This document shows, in pieces, positions 39,649 through 49,493 of a stretch of 56,407 nucleotides of DNA. The notes beneath the pieces are model-generated. The model did no database searches. It was given only the letters and a program-made list of their open reading frames with translations, and was not told the DNA's origin. The DNA is from Promethearchaeota archaeon. GTDB lineage: Archaea > Asgardarchaeota > Lokiarchaeia > Sigyniarchaeales > SOKP01. How positions within the stretch are numbered: position 1 is the stretch's first letter; each line of letters opens with the position of its first letter. A program made the position numbers and the translations under genes. The stretch covers positions 1-56,407 of the forward strand of contig RDOE01000015.1 in the NCBI GenBank assembly GCA_011364975.1, written 5' to 3'.

Positions 39649-39700
39649 TAGTTTAAGTTCCCATAGAAAATTTATAATTTAAATCGAGGAAAGATAAGAC

Positions 39701-40516
39701 ATGGAATGGATTGACGATATAGAAGAGAAGTGTATTGAAACTAATGGTATAACACTACATACAATAATAATTGGAGAGGGTGAGCCGTTGGTTCTTCTTC
39801 ATGGGTTTCCAGATTTTTGGTATGGATGGAAAAATCTCATTCCGTTAATAAAAGATAAATATCAACTTATCATCCCTGATATGCGAGGGTACAATTTATC
39901 TGACAAACCCGAAGGGGTTGAGAAGTATCGTATAGAATTACTTATTGAAGATATTATTGGATTGATTGAGCAACTTAATTTCGAGAGTGTGTATTTAGTA
40001 GGTCATGATTGGGGTGGAGTACTTTCATGGTTCATAACTGAGAAATATCCTAATCGGATTAGAAAGTTAGGAATTATTAATGGACCTCATCTTAAGATTT
40101 TCCAAGAGAGGTTAAAGTCTGATGAGGATCAGAAAAAGGCAAGCTACTACATGTTTAAATTTCAAGAACCTAATGGAGAGAATTTTCTAATTGAAAATGA
40201 ATTTAAGCTTTTAAGGATGGGCATTCCTAAAGAAGATGAAGATAAATATATAAAAGCATGGTCTAATGGAACAATTACATGTGGAGTTAATTATTATAGA
40301 GCGAACCTTGATTACAGTGATTGGAGTGGAATAATTTTGGTACCTACATTAGTTATTCATGGCATGAAAGACAGAGCAATTTTACCAGGAGTATTAGATG
40401 GATTGGAAGATTATGTAAAAGATTTAAAAATTTTACGGTCTGAACATTTAGGTCATTCTGCTATGAAAGAGGATCCAAAGTTGGTTGCTAAAACATTCAA
40501 AGATTTCTTTAATTAA
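39701..40516 (+). CDS. Alpha/beta hydrolase, epoxide hydrolase-like
   Basis: HGFPD, PDMRGYNLSDKP, GHDWGG (Asp nucleophile), NYYRA, GH near the C-terminus. Confidence 0.92.
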   Translation: MEWIDDIEEKCIETNGITLHTIIIGEGEPLVLLHGFPDFWYGWKNLIPLIKDKYQLIIPDMRGYNLSDKPEGVEKYRIELLIEDIIGLIEQLNFESVYLVGHDWGGVLSWFITEKYPNRIRKLGIINGPHLKIFQERLKSDEDQKKASYYMFKFQEPNGENFLIENEFKLLRMGIPKEDEDKYIKAWSNGTITCGVNYYRANLDYSDWSGIILVPTLVIHGMKDRAILPGVLDGLEDYVKDLKILRSEHLGHSAMKEDPKLVAKTFKDFFN

Positions 40517-40552
40517 GCTTAATTCTACTAAATTCCAAAGAGATAATGACAA

Positions 40553-41779
40553 ATGATTGAAAACGTATTAAAAACCTCTGGATATCGTTGGACTGTACTA
40601 GTTCTTTTTATGCTAGTAAATATTTCAACCCAGATTTTATGGATTTCGTATGCACCAGTAACATTAGATGCAGTTGCTTATTATAACGTGAGTGAGTTTG
40701 AAATTCTTTTCATGTCAACAATATATATGATAATATATATTCCGGTTTCATTTATAGCATCATGGTTTATAAACAAATATGGCTTTAGAGTAGGTGTAGG
40801 GCTTGGAGCTATAATTAACGGTGTTTTTGGATTTCTAAGGTATGTAGCTGGGCCAAATTATATTTTGGTATTAATATTTACAATTATGATTGCCATAAGT
40901 CAACCAATAATAATAAATAGTACAACTTTATTATCCGCTAGTTGGTTTCCAGAGTCAGAACGAACAACAGCTACAGGGCTTTCATTAAACTCTTTATCAT
41001 TAGGTGTTGCTCTGGGTATGGTTTTAACACCGCTAATAGTCGTGAGTTTCGATATTTCTATGATGCTTTTTATTTATGGACTATATTCCTTGATTGTAGG
41101 AATTCTTTTCGTTATCTTTGCAAAAAGTAGCCCTGAATTTTTATCATCAGACAATAAAAATCGAATTAAGACAATTTCATTAAAGAAAGAGCTTGTTATG
41201 CTTATTTTAAACAAACTTTTTTGGATTATTATTATTCTATTTTTTATTAGCCTTGGACTGTTTAATTGGGTAACTACTTATATAGAGCTTATAGTTGCTC
41301 CACGGGGGTTATCTTCTATTGACGCGGGAATTCTTGGAGCAATATTATTAGTTGGGGGCATGATAGGTACGATAATACTCGCTCTTTTATCAGATAAGTT
41401 AAAAAAGCGAAGAATTTTTATCATTACTTCAGGTTTCATAGCTGCCATTAGCATAACAGTATTAATTTTTGCGAACAATACAGTTATCTTCAACATTTTT
41501 GGATTTTTACTAGGATTTGGTTTGTTATCCGCTGGACCTTTAGTTTTAGAATATGCGGTTGAAATAACAAATCCAGTTCCGGAAACAAGCTCAAATGGAT
41601 TTTTGATGGTTGTTGGTCAAATAGGTGGAATTATATTTATATTTGGATTTGAGAGGTTTGTGACTCCAACTGGGGATTACCTTCCTACCCTGATTTTGCT
41701 ATCAATTTTAGCGTTTATTTCACTTATATTATCATTTCTTCTTAAAGATGTAAAAAAAGAAAATTTAACGAGGAATTAA
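40553..41779 (+). CDS. MFS transporter, FLVCR/SLC49-like
   Basis: YRW.VL..F....TQILWISYAP, IYMIIYIP, SQP...TLLSASWFPESERTTA, EYAVEIT.PVPE. Confidence 0.85.
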   Translation: MIENVLKTSGYRWTVLVLFMLVNISTQILWISYAPVTLDAVAYYNVSEFEILFMSTIYMIIYIPVSFIASWFINKYGFRVGVGLGAIINGVFGFLRYVAGPNYILVLIFTIMIAISQPIIINSTTLLSASWFPESERTTATGLSLNSLSLGVALGMVLTPLIVVSFDISMMLFIYGLYSLIVGILFVIFAKSSPEFLSSDNKNRIKTISLKKELVMLILNKLFWIIIILFFISLGLFNWVTTYIELIVAPRGLSSIDAGILGAILLVGGMIGTIILALLSDKLKKRRIFIITSGFIAAISITVLIFANNTVIFNIFGFLLGFGLLSAGPLVLEYAVEITNPVPETSSNGFLMVVGQIGGIIFIFGFERFVTPTGDYLPTLILLSILAFISLILSFLLKDVKKENLTRN

Positions 41780-41783
41780 GAAA

Positions 41784-42815
41784 ATGAAAGCTGCTGTTTT
41801 AGCGGGAGTGAAAAAATTAATTGTAAAAGATATACCTACTCCAATACCCGAGGAAAATATGGCACTTGTCAAGATAAAATCATGCGGTATCTGTATGACT
41901 GATTATAAAGCTTATTCTGGGGCGCGAAAAAATCTTGATTATCCGATGATCGTAGGTCATGAATTTTCAGGAGTAATTGAAACAGTCGGAGAAAGTATAA
42001 GGTTTTTTAGACCTGGAGATGAGATTATAGCATCCCCTGTTTCTAATTGTGGGATATGTACAAACTGTAGACAAGGGTTGACTCAATATTGTAAAAATGG
42101 AGCTGTTATTGGAGGTGATGGAATGGATCGAATTATCGATGGGGCATTTGCTGAATATGTTTTAGTTCCTGAGAATTCTCTTTACTATAAACCTGAAAAT
42201 TTATCGTTTGATGCAGCAGCATTAACAGAACCGCTCGCTGGTTCATATAAAGGTCTGATTGAATATTCACAATTAAAAATTGCTGAAGATTTAGTTATAA
42301 TTGGTGCTGGTAGTATGGGGCTTCTCGCATCGATGATCGCACAAAAAGCAGGCGCAGCTAGTGTTATAATGATTGATGTTGATGATTGGCGCTTAAATTT
42401 TTCAAAAAATTGCGGGGCAACGGATTTAATTAATTTAACTAAAAAGGATCCGATTCAGGCAGTATATAGCATTCTACCAAAAGGACCCGATATAGTATTT
42501 GAAGCGGCAGGACCATTATCAGCGGCTCAACTTGCATTTGATTTATGTCGAAGGGGAACAAGACTGAATGAGTTCGGCGTGACTACAGAAGGAACGATCA
42601 ATGTATCTCCAGCAGAAATTCATTGGAAAGAAACTAGAGTTGATGCTTCATTCTCTGTTTATCCACGAGTTATGCAGCAATCCATAAGGCTTATGGAAAA
42701 AGGAATTGTGGATCCAAATAAAATAATTACTCATAGGTTTAATCTTGACGAAATTGAAGAAGCTATGAATACAATGAAAAAATCAGATCGTATAAAAATC
42801 ATAATTAATCCTTAA
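41784..42815 (+). CDS. Zn-dependent medium-chain alcohol/polyol dehydrogenase
   Basis: CGICMTD, GHEFSG, structural Zn site CGICTNC..C, GAGSMG. Confidence 0.92.
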   Translation: MKAAVLAGVKKLIVKDIPTPIPEENMALVKIKSCGICMTDYKAYSGARKNLDYPMIVGHEFSGVIETVGESIRFFRPGDEIIASPVSNCGICTNCRQGLTQYCKNGAVIGGDGMDRIIDGAFAEYVLVPENSLYYKPENLSFDAAALTEPLAGSYKGLIEYSQLKIAEDLVIIGAGSMGLLASMIAQKAGAASVIMIDVDDWRLNFSKNCGATDLINLTKKDPIQAVYSILPKGPDIVFEAAGPLSAAQLAFDLCRRGTRLNEFGVTTEGTINVSPAEIHWKETRVDASFSVYPRVMQQSIRLMEKGIVDPNKIITHRFNLDEIEEAMNTMKKSDRIKIIINP

Positions 42816-42940
42816 TTATGGCGAAATAAGGAAATCTGAATTGTTAGATAAACTTTATATGAAGTTCCACTTTTAAAATATTGTATTTAAGTAAAAAGGA
42901 AAAATAATCTTAAAATTCAAAATAATATAAGTGACATAAG

Positions 42941-43372
42941 ATGGTTGATAAAACATTAGTGAACGAAGTAAAGGATATGGTAAATCTTGGAGCAAATAAA
43001 GCTGAACCTGGTGACCTATTAAAGTCCTTCGAGTTAATTAACCAACTTTCTCAAGAAGTAGACTTTTTAAAAGAGGATGTTGAAGAAAGTGATATGACTG
43101 CTCAAATTGGATATACGGATCTTGAAAAAATGTATTGGATTAAATTGAGTAATGGTAGAGTGGAATATGGAGAGGGGAAAATTAAAAAACCATCATTTTC
43201 AATATCTGGTACTAAAGAAGTAATTCTTGGATTATTTTTAGGAGAACTTGATGCTAACATTATTGCTCCCATTGGTAAACTTAAAGTCGGAGGAAATCCG
43301 AAAATCATAAGAGTTTTTCAAGAAATTTATGAAGACTCAATTGAGATCTTCAAAGAAAAGTATTTAAAATAG
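42941..43372 (+). CDS. Standalone SCP2 sterol/acyl-CoA-binding domain protein
   Basis: YWIKLSNGRVEYGEG..KPSFSI....ILGLFLGELDA.....GKLKVGGN, the SCP2 pattern. Confidence 0.85.
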   Translation: MVDKTLVNEVKDMVNLGANKAEPGDLLKSFELINQLSQEVDFLKEDVEESDMTAQIGYTDLEKMYWIKLSNGRVEYGEGKIKKPSFSISGTKEVILGLFLGELDANIIAPIGKLKVGGNPKIIRVFQEIYEDSIEIFKEKYLK

Positions 43373-43447
43373 CATTTTAAAGTAAAAATAATTAATTTAT
43401 TTTTTTTTGAGTCTTTTATTAATAAAAAGATCAAGGTAATTGAGAAG

Positions 43448-44749
43448 TTGTTGGATAGTAGAAGTCCGGAATTTACTCGAAGAGACGCTAAGTTTCCAAA
43501 AATTCGTTGTATCTCCCAGAAGATTAACTTACCAAAAATTGATGATTTAAAAAAATCAATCTTAGATAATATTCGTGAATTTGGTTTAGGTAACTATATT
43601 AAAGAAGGAGAAAAGGTTGCAATTACAGCAAGTTCGCGTGGTATTAAAAATCAGGATATAATATTGAAAACAATTATATCCTTTTTAAATCAATTGGGAG
43701 GAAAGCCATTTATTATCCCAGCAATGGGCAGCCATGGGGGCGGTACGGCGGAAGGCCAACTTAAAATCCTAAAGGATTACGGGATTACCCCAGAAAGAAT
43801 GAATTGTCCGATTATTTCAAGCATGGACGTCATAAAGATTGGAGAGAGTGATATAGGTTGCCCGATCTACATAGATAAACATGTGGCTTCAGCAGATAAG
43901 GTTATAATTGTTAATAAAATCAAAAGTCATTCTAAATTTGTAGGGGATGTTGAGAGTGGCTTGAGTAAAATGTGTCTTCTTGGTTTAGGAAAACAAGAGG
44001 GTGCTAAAGAATATCATCGATATATTGACCGTCATTCTTGGCCTGAAGTTGTAAAATCAACGAGAAGGGTTATTTTAGATAAAGTTCCCATTGTTTGTGG
44101 TGTCGCAATTATAGAAAATATGAAAAATGAAACCGCAGAAATACATATCTTAAATCCAAATGAATTTGAAAATAAGGAACCAGAATTATTAAAAAGATAT
44201 AAAGATTTGACGGAACGTCTTCCATTTAACGAGATTGATTTATTAATTGTGGATGAGATGGGTAAGAATATTTTTGGAACAGGCATGGATACCAATATTA
44301 CGGGAAAAAAGCCAGAATCTAAAATACATGCACAATGGTTATTTGTGAGGGATTTAACTAAAGAAACTCAAGGAAATGCTCAAGGTATTGGGTTAGCTGA
44401 TTTCACAACGAAAAAGCTTGTAGATAAAATTGATTTTTCTAAAACATATACTAATGCATTGACAGCTTATAGAACAGATTCCCCCAAAATTCCAATTTTC
44501 CTTCATAATGATCGTGATGTTTTGAATACAGTGCTAAATCTTGCTGGTGTGAAAAATCCCTCTGAATTTCGCCTTCTATGGATAAAAAACACATTAGAAT
44601 TACACAAGATGATTATATCAGAATCTTTGTTCAATATAGTTGATTCCACAGAAGATTTAAGTTATATTGGAGATGTGGAATCTATAACATTTGATTCAGA
44701 AGGATTTTTAATTAATTCAAAGAAATTTTGGTATGCCGATAATGATTAA
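43448..44749 (+). CDS. LarA/DUF362-DUF2088-like protein (putative nickel-pincer-dependent isomerase)
   Basis: VAITASSRGI, PAMGSHGGGTAEGQ, NKIKSH, ESGLSKM..LGLGK.EGA..YH, GKN..GTGMDTN. Confidence 0.78.
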   Translation: MLDSRSPEFTRRDAKFPKIRCISQKINLPKIDDLKKSILDNIREFGLGNYIKEGEKVAITASSRGIKNQDIILKTIISFLNQLGGKPFIIPAMGSHGGGTAEGQLKILKDYGITPERMNCPIISSMDVIKIGESDIGCPIYIDKHVASADKVIIVNKIKSHSKFVGDVESGLSKMCLLGLGKQEGAKEYHRYIDRHSWPEVVKSTRRVILDKVPIVCGVAIIENMKNETAEIHILNPNEFENKEPELLKRYKDLTERLPFNEIDLLIVDEMGKNIFGTGMDTNITGKKPESKIHAQWLFVRDLTKETQGNAQGIGLADFTTKKLVDKIDFSKTYTNALTAYRTDSPKIPIFLHNDRDVLNTVLNLAGVKNPSEFRLLWIKNTLELHKMIISESLFNIVDSTEDLSYIGDVESITFDSEGFLINSKKFWYADND

Positions 44750-44752
44750 AGA

Positions 44753-45973
44753 TTAAAACATAATTAACTCACCTAATAGGGAAACTGAAAGGAAACTTAC
44801 AATTCCTATTGATAGAGCAGCAAATAATCCTACTAGAAAAGGCTTTATTCCTAACCCTCTGAATTTGCTAAAATCAGTTGATAACCCCACTCCACCTAAT
44901 GCTATTACAAATAAAAAGCTTGCAAATTCTTTAAAGATATCTATTAAATCTCCCCATGCTTGTTCCGATATAATCCCAAACGCAAAATTAATCGTATTTA
45001 CTCCAAAATCCCCAATTGATCTGAAGACTGATACTAATAAAAATCCTAGTACAAAAACCGGTATAAGATTTTTAATATTTACTTTTGACTTTATCTGAGA
45101 TTCGCTTAAACTAGCTTCACTCGAAGTTTTTATTTCTTTTTTAACATGCAAGAAAGCCATGAGTGGGATAACTATGATCATAAATGTATTTCTTACTAAT
45201 TTTGTTATTGTGGCTACATCAAGTCCCAATGTTAAATTCCATAGATCTGCGAAAACTAATGCGGCCCCAGTTACTTGGGAGGTATCATGTATAGAAGTAC
45301 CGAGCCAGAGACCTGCCTTTATAGGATTACCCCCAAAAATAAAAAAGGCAATAATAGGATAACCAATTGTTGCGATCAAGCCAAAAATTGTTATAACAGC
45401 TACCGCATATGCCGTCTCTTCTTCTTTAGCATTAATTACTGGACTTGTGGCCACTATTGCGGATACTCCACAAATTGAGGTTCCTACTGCGATTAATGTA
45501 CCAAGCCGCTTAGGCTGACTAAGCTTTCTATTAAGATAGGTAGTAATAAGTAGAGCACTTATAATACATATTAAAACAATGGGGATTCCAATTAATCCTA
45601 ATTCAAACACGCTAAAAATACTCAACCGAATTCCCAACAATATAATTCCTAACCGAAGAATTTTTTTAACAGAAAACTTAAATCCGACATCTAAGAAAGC
45701 AGGTAATTTTAATACGTTATTAATGATTAAACCAAGGATTAAGCATATCATTACTTCTGAAATTGGAGATTTTTCAAAACCCATCAATGTTATACCTATA
45801 AAATTACTAAGCCAGACACTTAGTATTGCTAAAAGTATTATGAAAACTAGACCTGGTAAAATAGTGTGAATCTTAAAAAATGGAACTCCAAAAACACTTC
45901 TTTCAATATAGGTCATTTGCTTTGCCTTATTAATATTAATTTTTTTCTTTTCGTTTTGATCCTGATAATTCAT
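44753..45973 (-). CDS. yeiH: YeiH/UPF0324 (putative sulfate/sulfite exporter, PSE family) membrane protein
   Basis: K.ILRLGIILLG, GTSICGVSAIVA, G.WLGTSIHDTSQV, TKLVRN. Confidence 0.88.
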   Translation of the reverse strand: MNYQDQNEKKKININKAKQMTYIERSVFGVPFFKIHTILPGLVFIILLAILSVWLSNFIGITLMGFEKSPISEVMICLILGLIINNVLKLPAFLDVGFKFSVKKILRLGIILLGIRLSIFSVFELGLIGIPIVLICIISALLITTYLNRKLSQPKRLGTLIAVGTSICGVSAIVATSPVINAKEEETAYAVAVITIFGLIATIGYPIIAFFIFGGNPIKAGLWLGTSIHDTSQVTGAALVFADLWNLTLGLDVATITKLVRNTFMIIVIPLMAFLHVKKEIKTSSEASLSESQIKSKVNIKNLIPVFVLGFLLVSVFRSIGDFGVNTINFAFGIISEQAWGDLIDIFKEFASFLFVIALGGVGLSTDFSKFRGLGIKPFLVGLFAALSIGIVSFLSVSLLGELIMF

Positions 45974-46011
45974 ATAATTTATACCTCAAAAAATGAAAAA
46001 GATGAAATTAT

Positions 46012-47190
46012 TTACCAATCATTTGGTGTTGTTAATCCAGATCCTGTTATAAATAGCACAACTTCTTCATCAGAATCTAGGAAATCTTGTTGGTATAATT
46101 TTTCTGTAGCTGCGATAGTTGCTGCAGCTTCGGGACAGACCATTATGCCCTCCATTTTGGCAAAGGAATACATTGCTTCCTTTATTTCTGAATCATCAAC
46201 AGCAATCGCAGTTCCATGAGATTCTCTAATCGCATTTAATATCAAATAATCTCCTATTGCTCCTGGAACTCGTATTCCGCTTGCAAATGAATGTGCGTTT
46301 TCCCAGGGTTTAGCGAACTCATCTCCATTCTTAAATGCTCTAACTATGGGCTGACAACCGGAAGGTTGGACAGAAACCATTTTTGGGCGTTCACTTCCAA
46401 TTAATCCTAGAACTTCCATTTCTTCAAAGGCTTTCCACATACCTACTATTCCAGTTCCTCCCCCTGTAGGATATATAATAACATCAGGTAGTTTCCAATC
46501 AAATTGTTCTGCTAATTCTAATCCCATGGTTTTTTTTCCTTCTACTCGATATGGTTCTTTTAGGGTAGATACTGAAAACCATCCATTTTTATCACCTTCT
46601 TCCTTTGCTTCACGACCCGCATCGCTGATTAGGCCCTCTACTAAGGTTAAATCTCCACCCATATACGAAATCTCTTTTTGAATAAGATTAGGAGTGTCTT
46701 TTGGTACAAATATATGCGCTTTTGCACCCGCATGAGCCGCGTATGCGGATAAAGCTGCACCTGCATTTCCAGCACTCGGCATCACAAATTCATTGATTCC
46801 AAATTCCAATGCTTTTGAAACTGCAGCGCATAAACCTCGACTCTTGAATGTTCCTGTAGGATTTTGGCCCTCATCTTTAATATATAGCGATTTTAGGTTA
46901 ATTTTTTTTCCAAAATTGTTAAGTTTTACTATGGGAGTCCAACCCTCACCGAGACTGATTCTATATTTAGGATTATTAACTGGCATAATTTCATGCAGGC
47001 GCCATATATTATACACCCTTCGAAATCTAATCTCTTGTTTGGAGAGGTGTTCTTTTGCTTCTTCTAAGTTATACTGAGGGTATAATACTTTCCCACAAGA
47101 GTCACAGACATCATGAATTTGATTTTTATCAAATTCTTTTCCACAGTATGTACACACAATGGATTCGAAAAAGGACTTATTATCTTTCAA
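46012..47190 (-). CDS. thrC: Threonine synthase-like PLP enzyme (fold type II)
   Basis: N-terminal CxxC..CxxC, SLGEGWTP, KDEGQNPTGTFKSRG (PLP Lys), SAGNAG, PTGGGTG, FITGSG; the actual substrate is uncertain. Confidence 0.8.
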   Translation of the reverse strand: MKDNKSFFESIVCTYCGKEFDKNQIHDVCDSCGKVLYPQYNLEEAKEHLSKQEIRFRRVYNIWRLHEIMPVNNPKYRISLGEGWTPIVKLNNFGKKINLKSLYIKDEGQNPTGTFKSRGLCAAVSKALEFGINEFVMPSAGNAGAALSAYAAHAGAKAHIFVPKDTPNLIQKEISYMGGDLTLVEGLISDAGREAKEEGDKNGWFSVSTLKEPYRVEGKKTMGLELAEQFDWKLPDVIIYPTGGGTGIVGMWKAFEEMEVLGLIGSERPKMVSVQPSGCQPIVRAFKNGDEFAKPWENAHSFASGIRVPGAIGDYLILNAIRESHGTAIAVDDSEIKEAMYSFAKMEGIMVCPEAAATIAATEKLYQQDFLDSDEEVVLFITGSGLTTPNDW

Positions 47191-47384
47191 CTATTAAACC
47201 TTTTAGTAAATACTTTCTAATTGAGTTTTTAAATATTGTATCTCTTAAAAGCCCTATGTTGAGTGACTTTATCAAAAAAAAAAGCATAAGACCCGTTCAA
47301 AAAATAAAAAACATAAGTAATATTTTATTTATCAAATTAAATAATTGATTGATACCAAGATAAATCAAAGGAAGCTCTATTTTT

Positions 47385-48359
47385 ATGAAAAGATATGATT
47401 TAGACACATTAATCACGAATTTTAAAAATAAAGATAAGATCGCGTTAGCACGACTAATAACACTTATTGAAAATGAACCAGAAAGAGCACATGAAGTTTT
47501 CAAGCATTTTGAGAACACTAAAAATGAATCTTATATTCTTGGAATTACAGGTTCTCCTGGTGTCGGGAAAAGCACGCTAACTGGTGCAATTACACAGAAA
47601 TTACTTGATCAAGGAAAATCTGTGGGAATTATTTGTGTTGATCCTACCTCTCCCTTTAGTGGTGGTGCATTTTTAGGGGATAGAGTGAGGATGACTAATA
47701 TATCCTTACATCCTAAAATATTTATGCGGAGCTTAGCCTCAAGAGGTTATAAAGGGGGAATATCTCGAGCGGTATTTGATATTAGTTTACTCTATGAAGC
47801 TTATGGTATGGATGTTATTATCATTGAAACCGTAGGTGTTGGGCAAGCTGAATTTGATATTTATAATCTTGCCTACACTGTTGTTGTTGTATTAGTACCC
47901 GGATATGGTGATGCGATTCAAATGCAAAAAGCCGGAATAATTGAAATTGGAGATGTATATGATGTTAACAAAAAGGACCTTGGTGGAGAAGATATAGCTG
48001 TGCAGATCGAAATGATGCTTGATGATGCTATATTTCAAACTGGTTGGCGCCCACCTGTCTCAATGACTGATGCTATTAATGGTGAGGGGATTGAAGAATT
48101 GATTCAGAATATTTGGGATCATAAAGAACATCTGGAATTGTCAGAAGAATTAACTCAAAAGAAAATCAACCGATTTAGATATAAAATTAAAGAATTGGTC
48201 TCTTCAAAAATCGAACGTTTAGTAACCGAGAGCTTTATGAACGACCAAGAAATCTCGGAAATTGTCGAGCATGCGATTCGTGATGGTAAGTTTAAAATCT
48301 ATGAAACAATTCATAATAAATTTGAAGAAATTTACTTTGAGATAAAAAAGAAGGAGTAA
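47385..48359 (+). CDS. meaB: MeaB/ArgK GTPase (B12 acyl-CoA mutase chaperone)
   Basis: GITGSPGVGKST, VDPTSPFSGGAFLGDRVRM, IETVGVGQ, GDAIQMQKAG, NKKD. Confidence 0.92.
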   Translation: MKRYDLDTLITNFKNKDKIALARLITLIENEPERAHEVFKHFENTKNESYILGITGSPGVGKSTLTGAITQKLLDQGKSVGIICVDPTSPFSGGAFLGDRVRMTNISLHPKIFMRSLASRGYKGGISRAVFDISLLYEAYGMDVIIIETVGVGQAEFDIYNLAYTVVVVLVPGYGDAIQMQKAGIIEIGDVYDVNKKDLGGEDIAVQIEMMLDDAIFQTGWRPPVSMTDAINGEGIEELIQNIWDHKEHLELSEELTQKKINRFRYKIKELVSSKIERLVTESFMNDQEISEIVEHAIRDGKFKIYETIHNKFEEIYFEIKKKE

Positions 48360-48411
48360 CTTTTAAACTATAGATTTAAATTAAGTTGAACTAAAAAAGT
48401 GGTAATAAATT

Positions 48412-49218
48412 ATGCCTATACTAGAAATTGATTATGATAAATGTAATCTTTGTAAAAACTGTATAAATGAGTGTCCATCATATTTTAGCATTGAAAAAGA
48501 TCAAGAACAAATAGTATTTAACGATCCGAGTAATCTATGTAATCTATGTGGTCGATGTATCTGTAGATGCCCAACTGATGCCATCCTTCATAAAAATATG
48601 GGGGAGGTGTTAACTTTTGAGGGAGTTAAAGATCCAAGCACTTTAATTTCATACAATGCGCTGAATAGTTTCATGATGGCGAAAAGATCGATTAGAAGAT
48701 ACAAAAAGAAAAAAATTCCACGAGAGGTAATAGAAAAAGTTTTAACTTCTATGAAATATGCCCCTACAGGTGCTAATATACGGACTTTACGATGCACTAT
48801 AATTTCAGATAATAACATAATCAAAGAATTATCTAATTCGATTATGGATGAGATTATTTCTTCAAGCAATCCTAAATATAGTGAAAGGATGAGGAATGCT
48901 AAAGAACTAGGTTTTGATGCCATATTTTATCAAGCTCCCCATGTATTAATTATTCATTCTATGAATTCAAATGACGCTATGAATGCAACTATAGCTTTAA
49001 CATATGGAATGCTAAGCGCTCAATCTTTAGGATTAGGAACATGCTGGATTGGATTAGCCCATGGAGTTTTAGCTTCCAATAAAGATATAAAAGAAAAGAT
49101 TGCTGAAATTAAAGACTATGTTTGGGGTGTAGTTACTATAGGATATCCTGCGCAAATTTTTTACCGTGTTCCCCCTCGCCCTTCGATAAAAACCAAAGGA
49201 TTAGATGAGTTAGATTAA
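48412..49218 (+). CDS. Nitroreductase with N-terminal 2x[4Fe-4S] ferredoxin (paralog of 25571..26395)
   Basis: CNLCKNCINECP, CNLCGRCICRCP, KRSIRRY, YAPTGAN, LGLGTCWIG. Confidence 0.92.
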   Translation: MPILEIDYDKCNLCKNCINECPSYFSIEKDQEQIVFNDPSNLCNLCGRCICRCPTDAILHKNMGEVLTFEGVKDPSTLISYNALNSFMMAKRSIRRYKKKKIPREVIEKVLTSMKYAPTGANIRTLRCTIISDNNIIKELSNSIMDEIISSSNPKYSERMRNAKELGFDAIFYQAPHVLIIHSMNSNDAMNATIALTYGMLSAQSLGLGTCWIGLAHGVLASNKDIKEKIAEIKDYVWGVVTIGYPAQIFYRVPPRPSIKTKGLDELD

Positions 49219-49328
49219 ATCCTTTAGAAGCCATAAATGATTGTGCAAGAATAAATATTTCTACCTTAAATTTTTTAAATTTGAATTAAAGGACGAAAAA
49301 AATTACATTTTTCATTTTATTGCTTATA

Positions 49329-49362
49329 ATTGTTATAAAACTGTCCCTTAAAGCTTTATATG
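49329..49362 (+). promoter_or_regulatory. Conserved promoter/operator block (ATTGTTATAAAACTGTCCCTTAAAGCTTTATATG)
   Basis: 29/34 identical to 51121..51154; a weaker copy lies at 49441..49474; contains the AAAGCTTTATA BRE/TATA-like element. Confidence 0.6.
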
Positions 49363-49493
49363 TTTCATTTGTAATATCTTCAATTATTACAAATGAAGAA
49401 TGAAAAGATTTTCTGTTGATCAATAGAAATAATTAGTTTATTTGTCATATAAGTGTACCTCAATTATTTAAAAGTAAGATAACTAATCAAATA

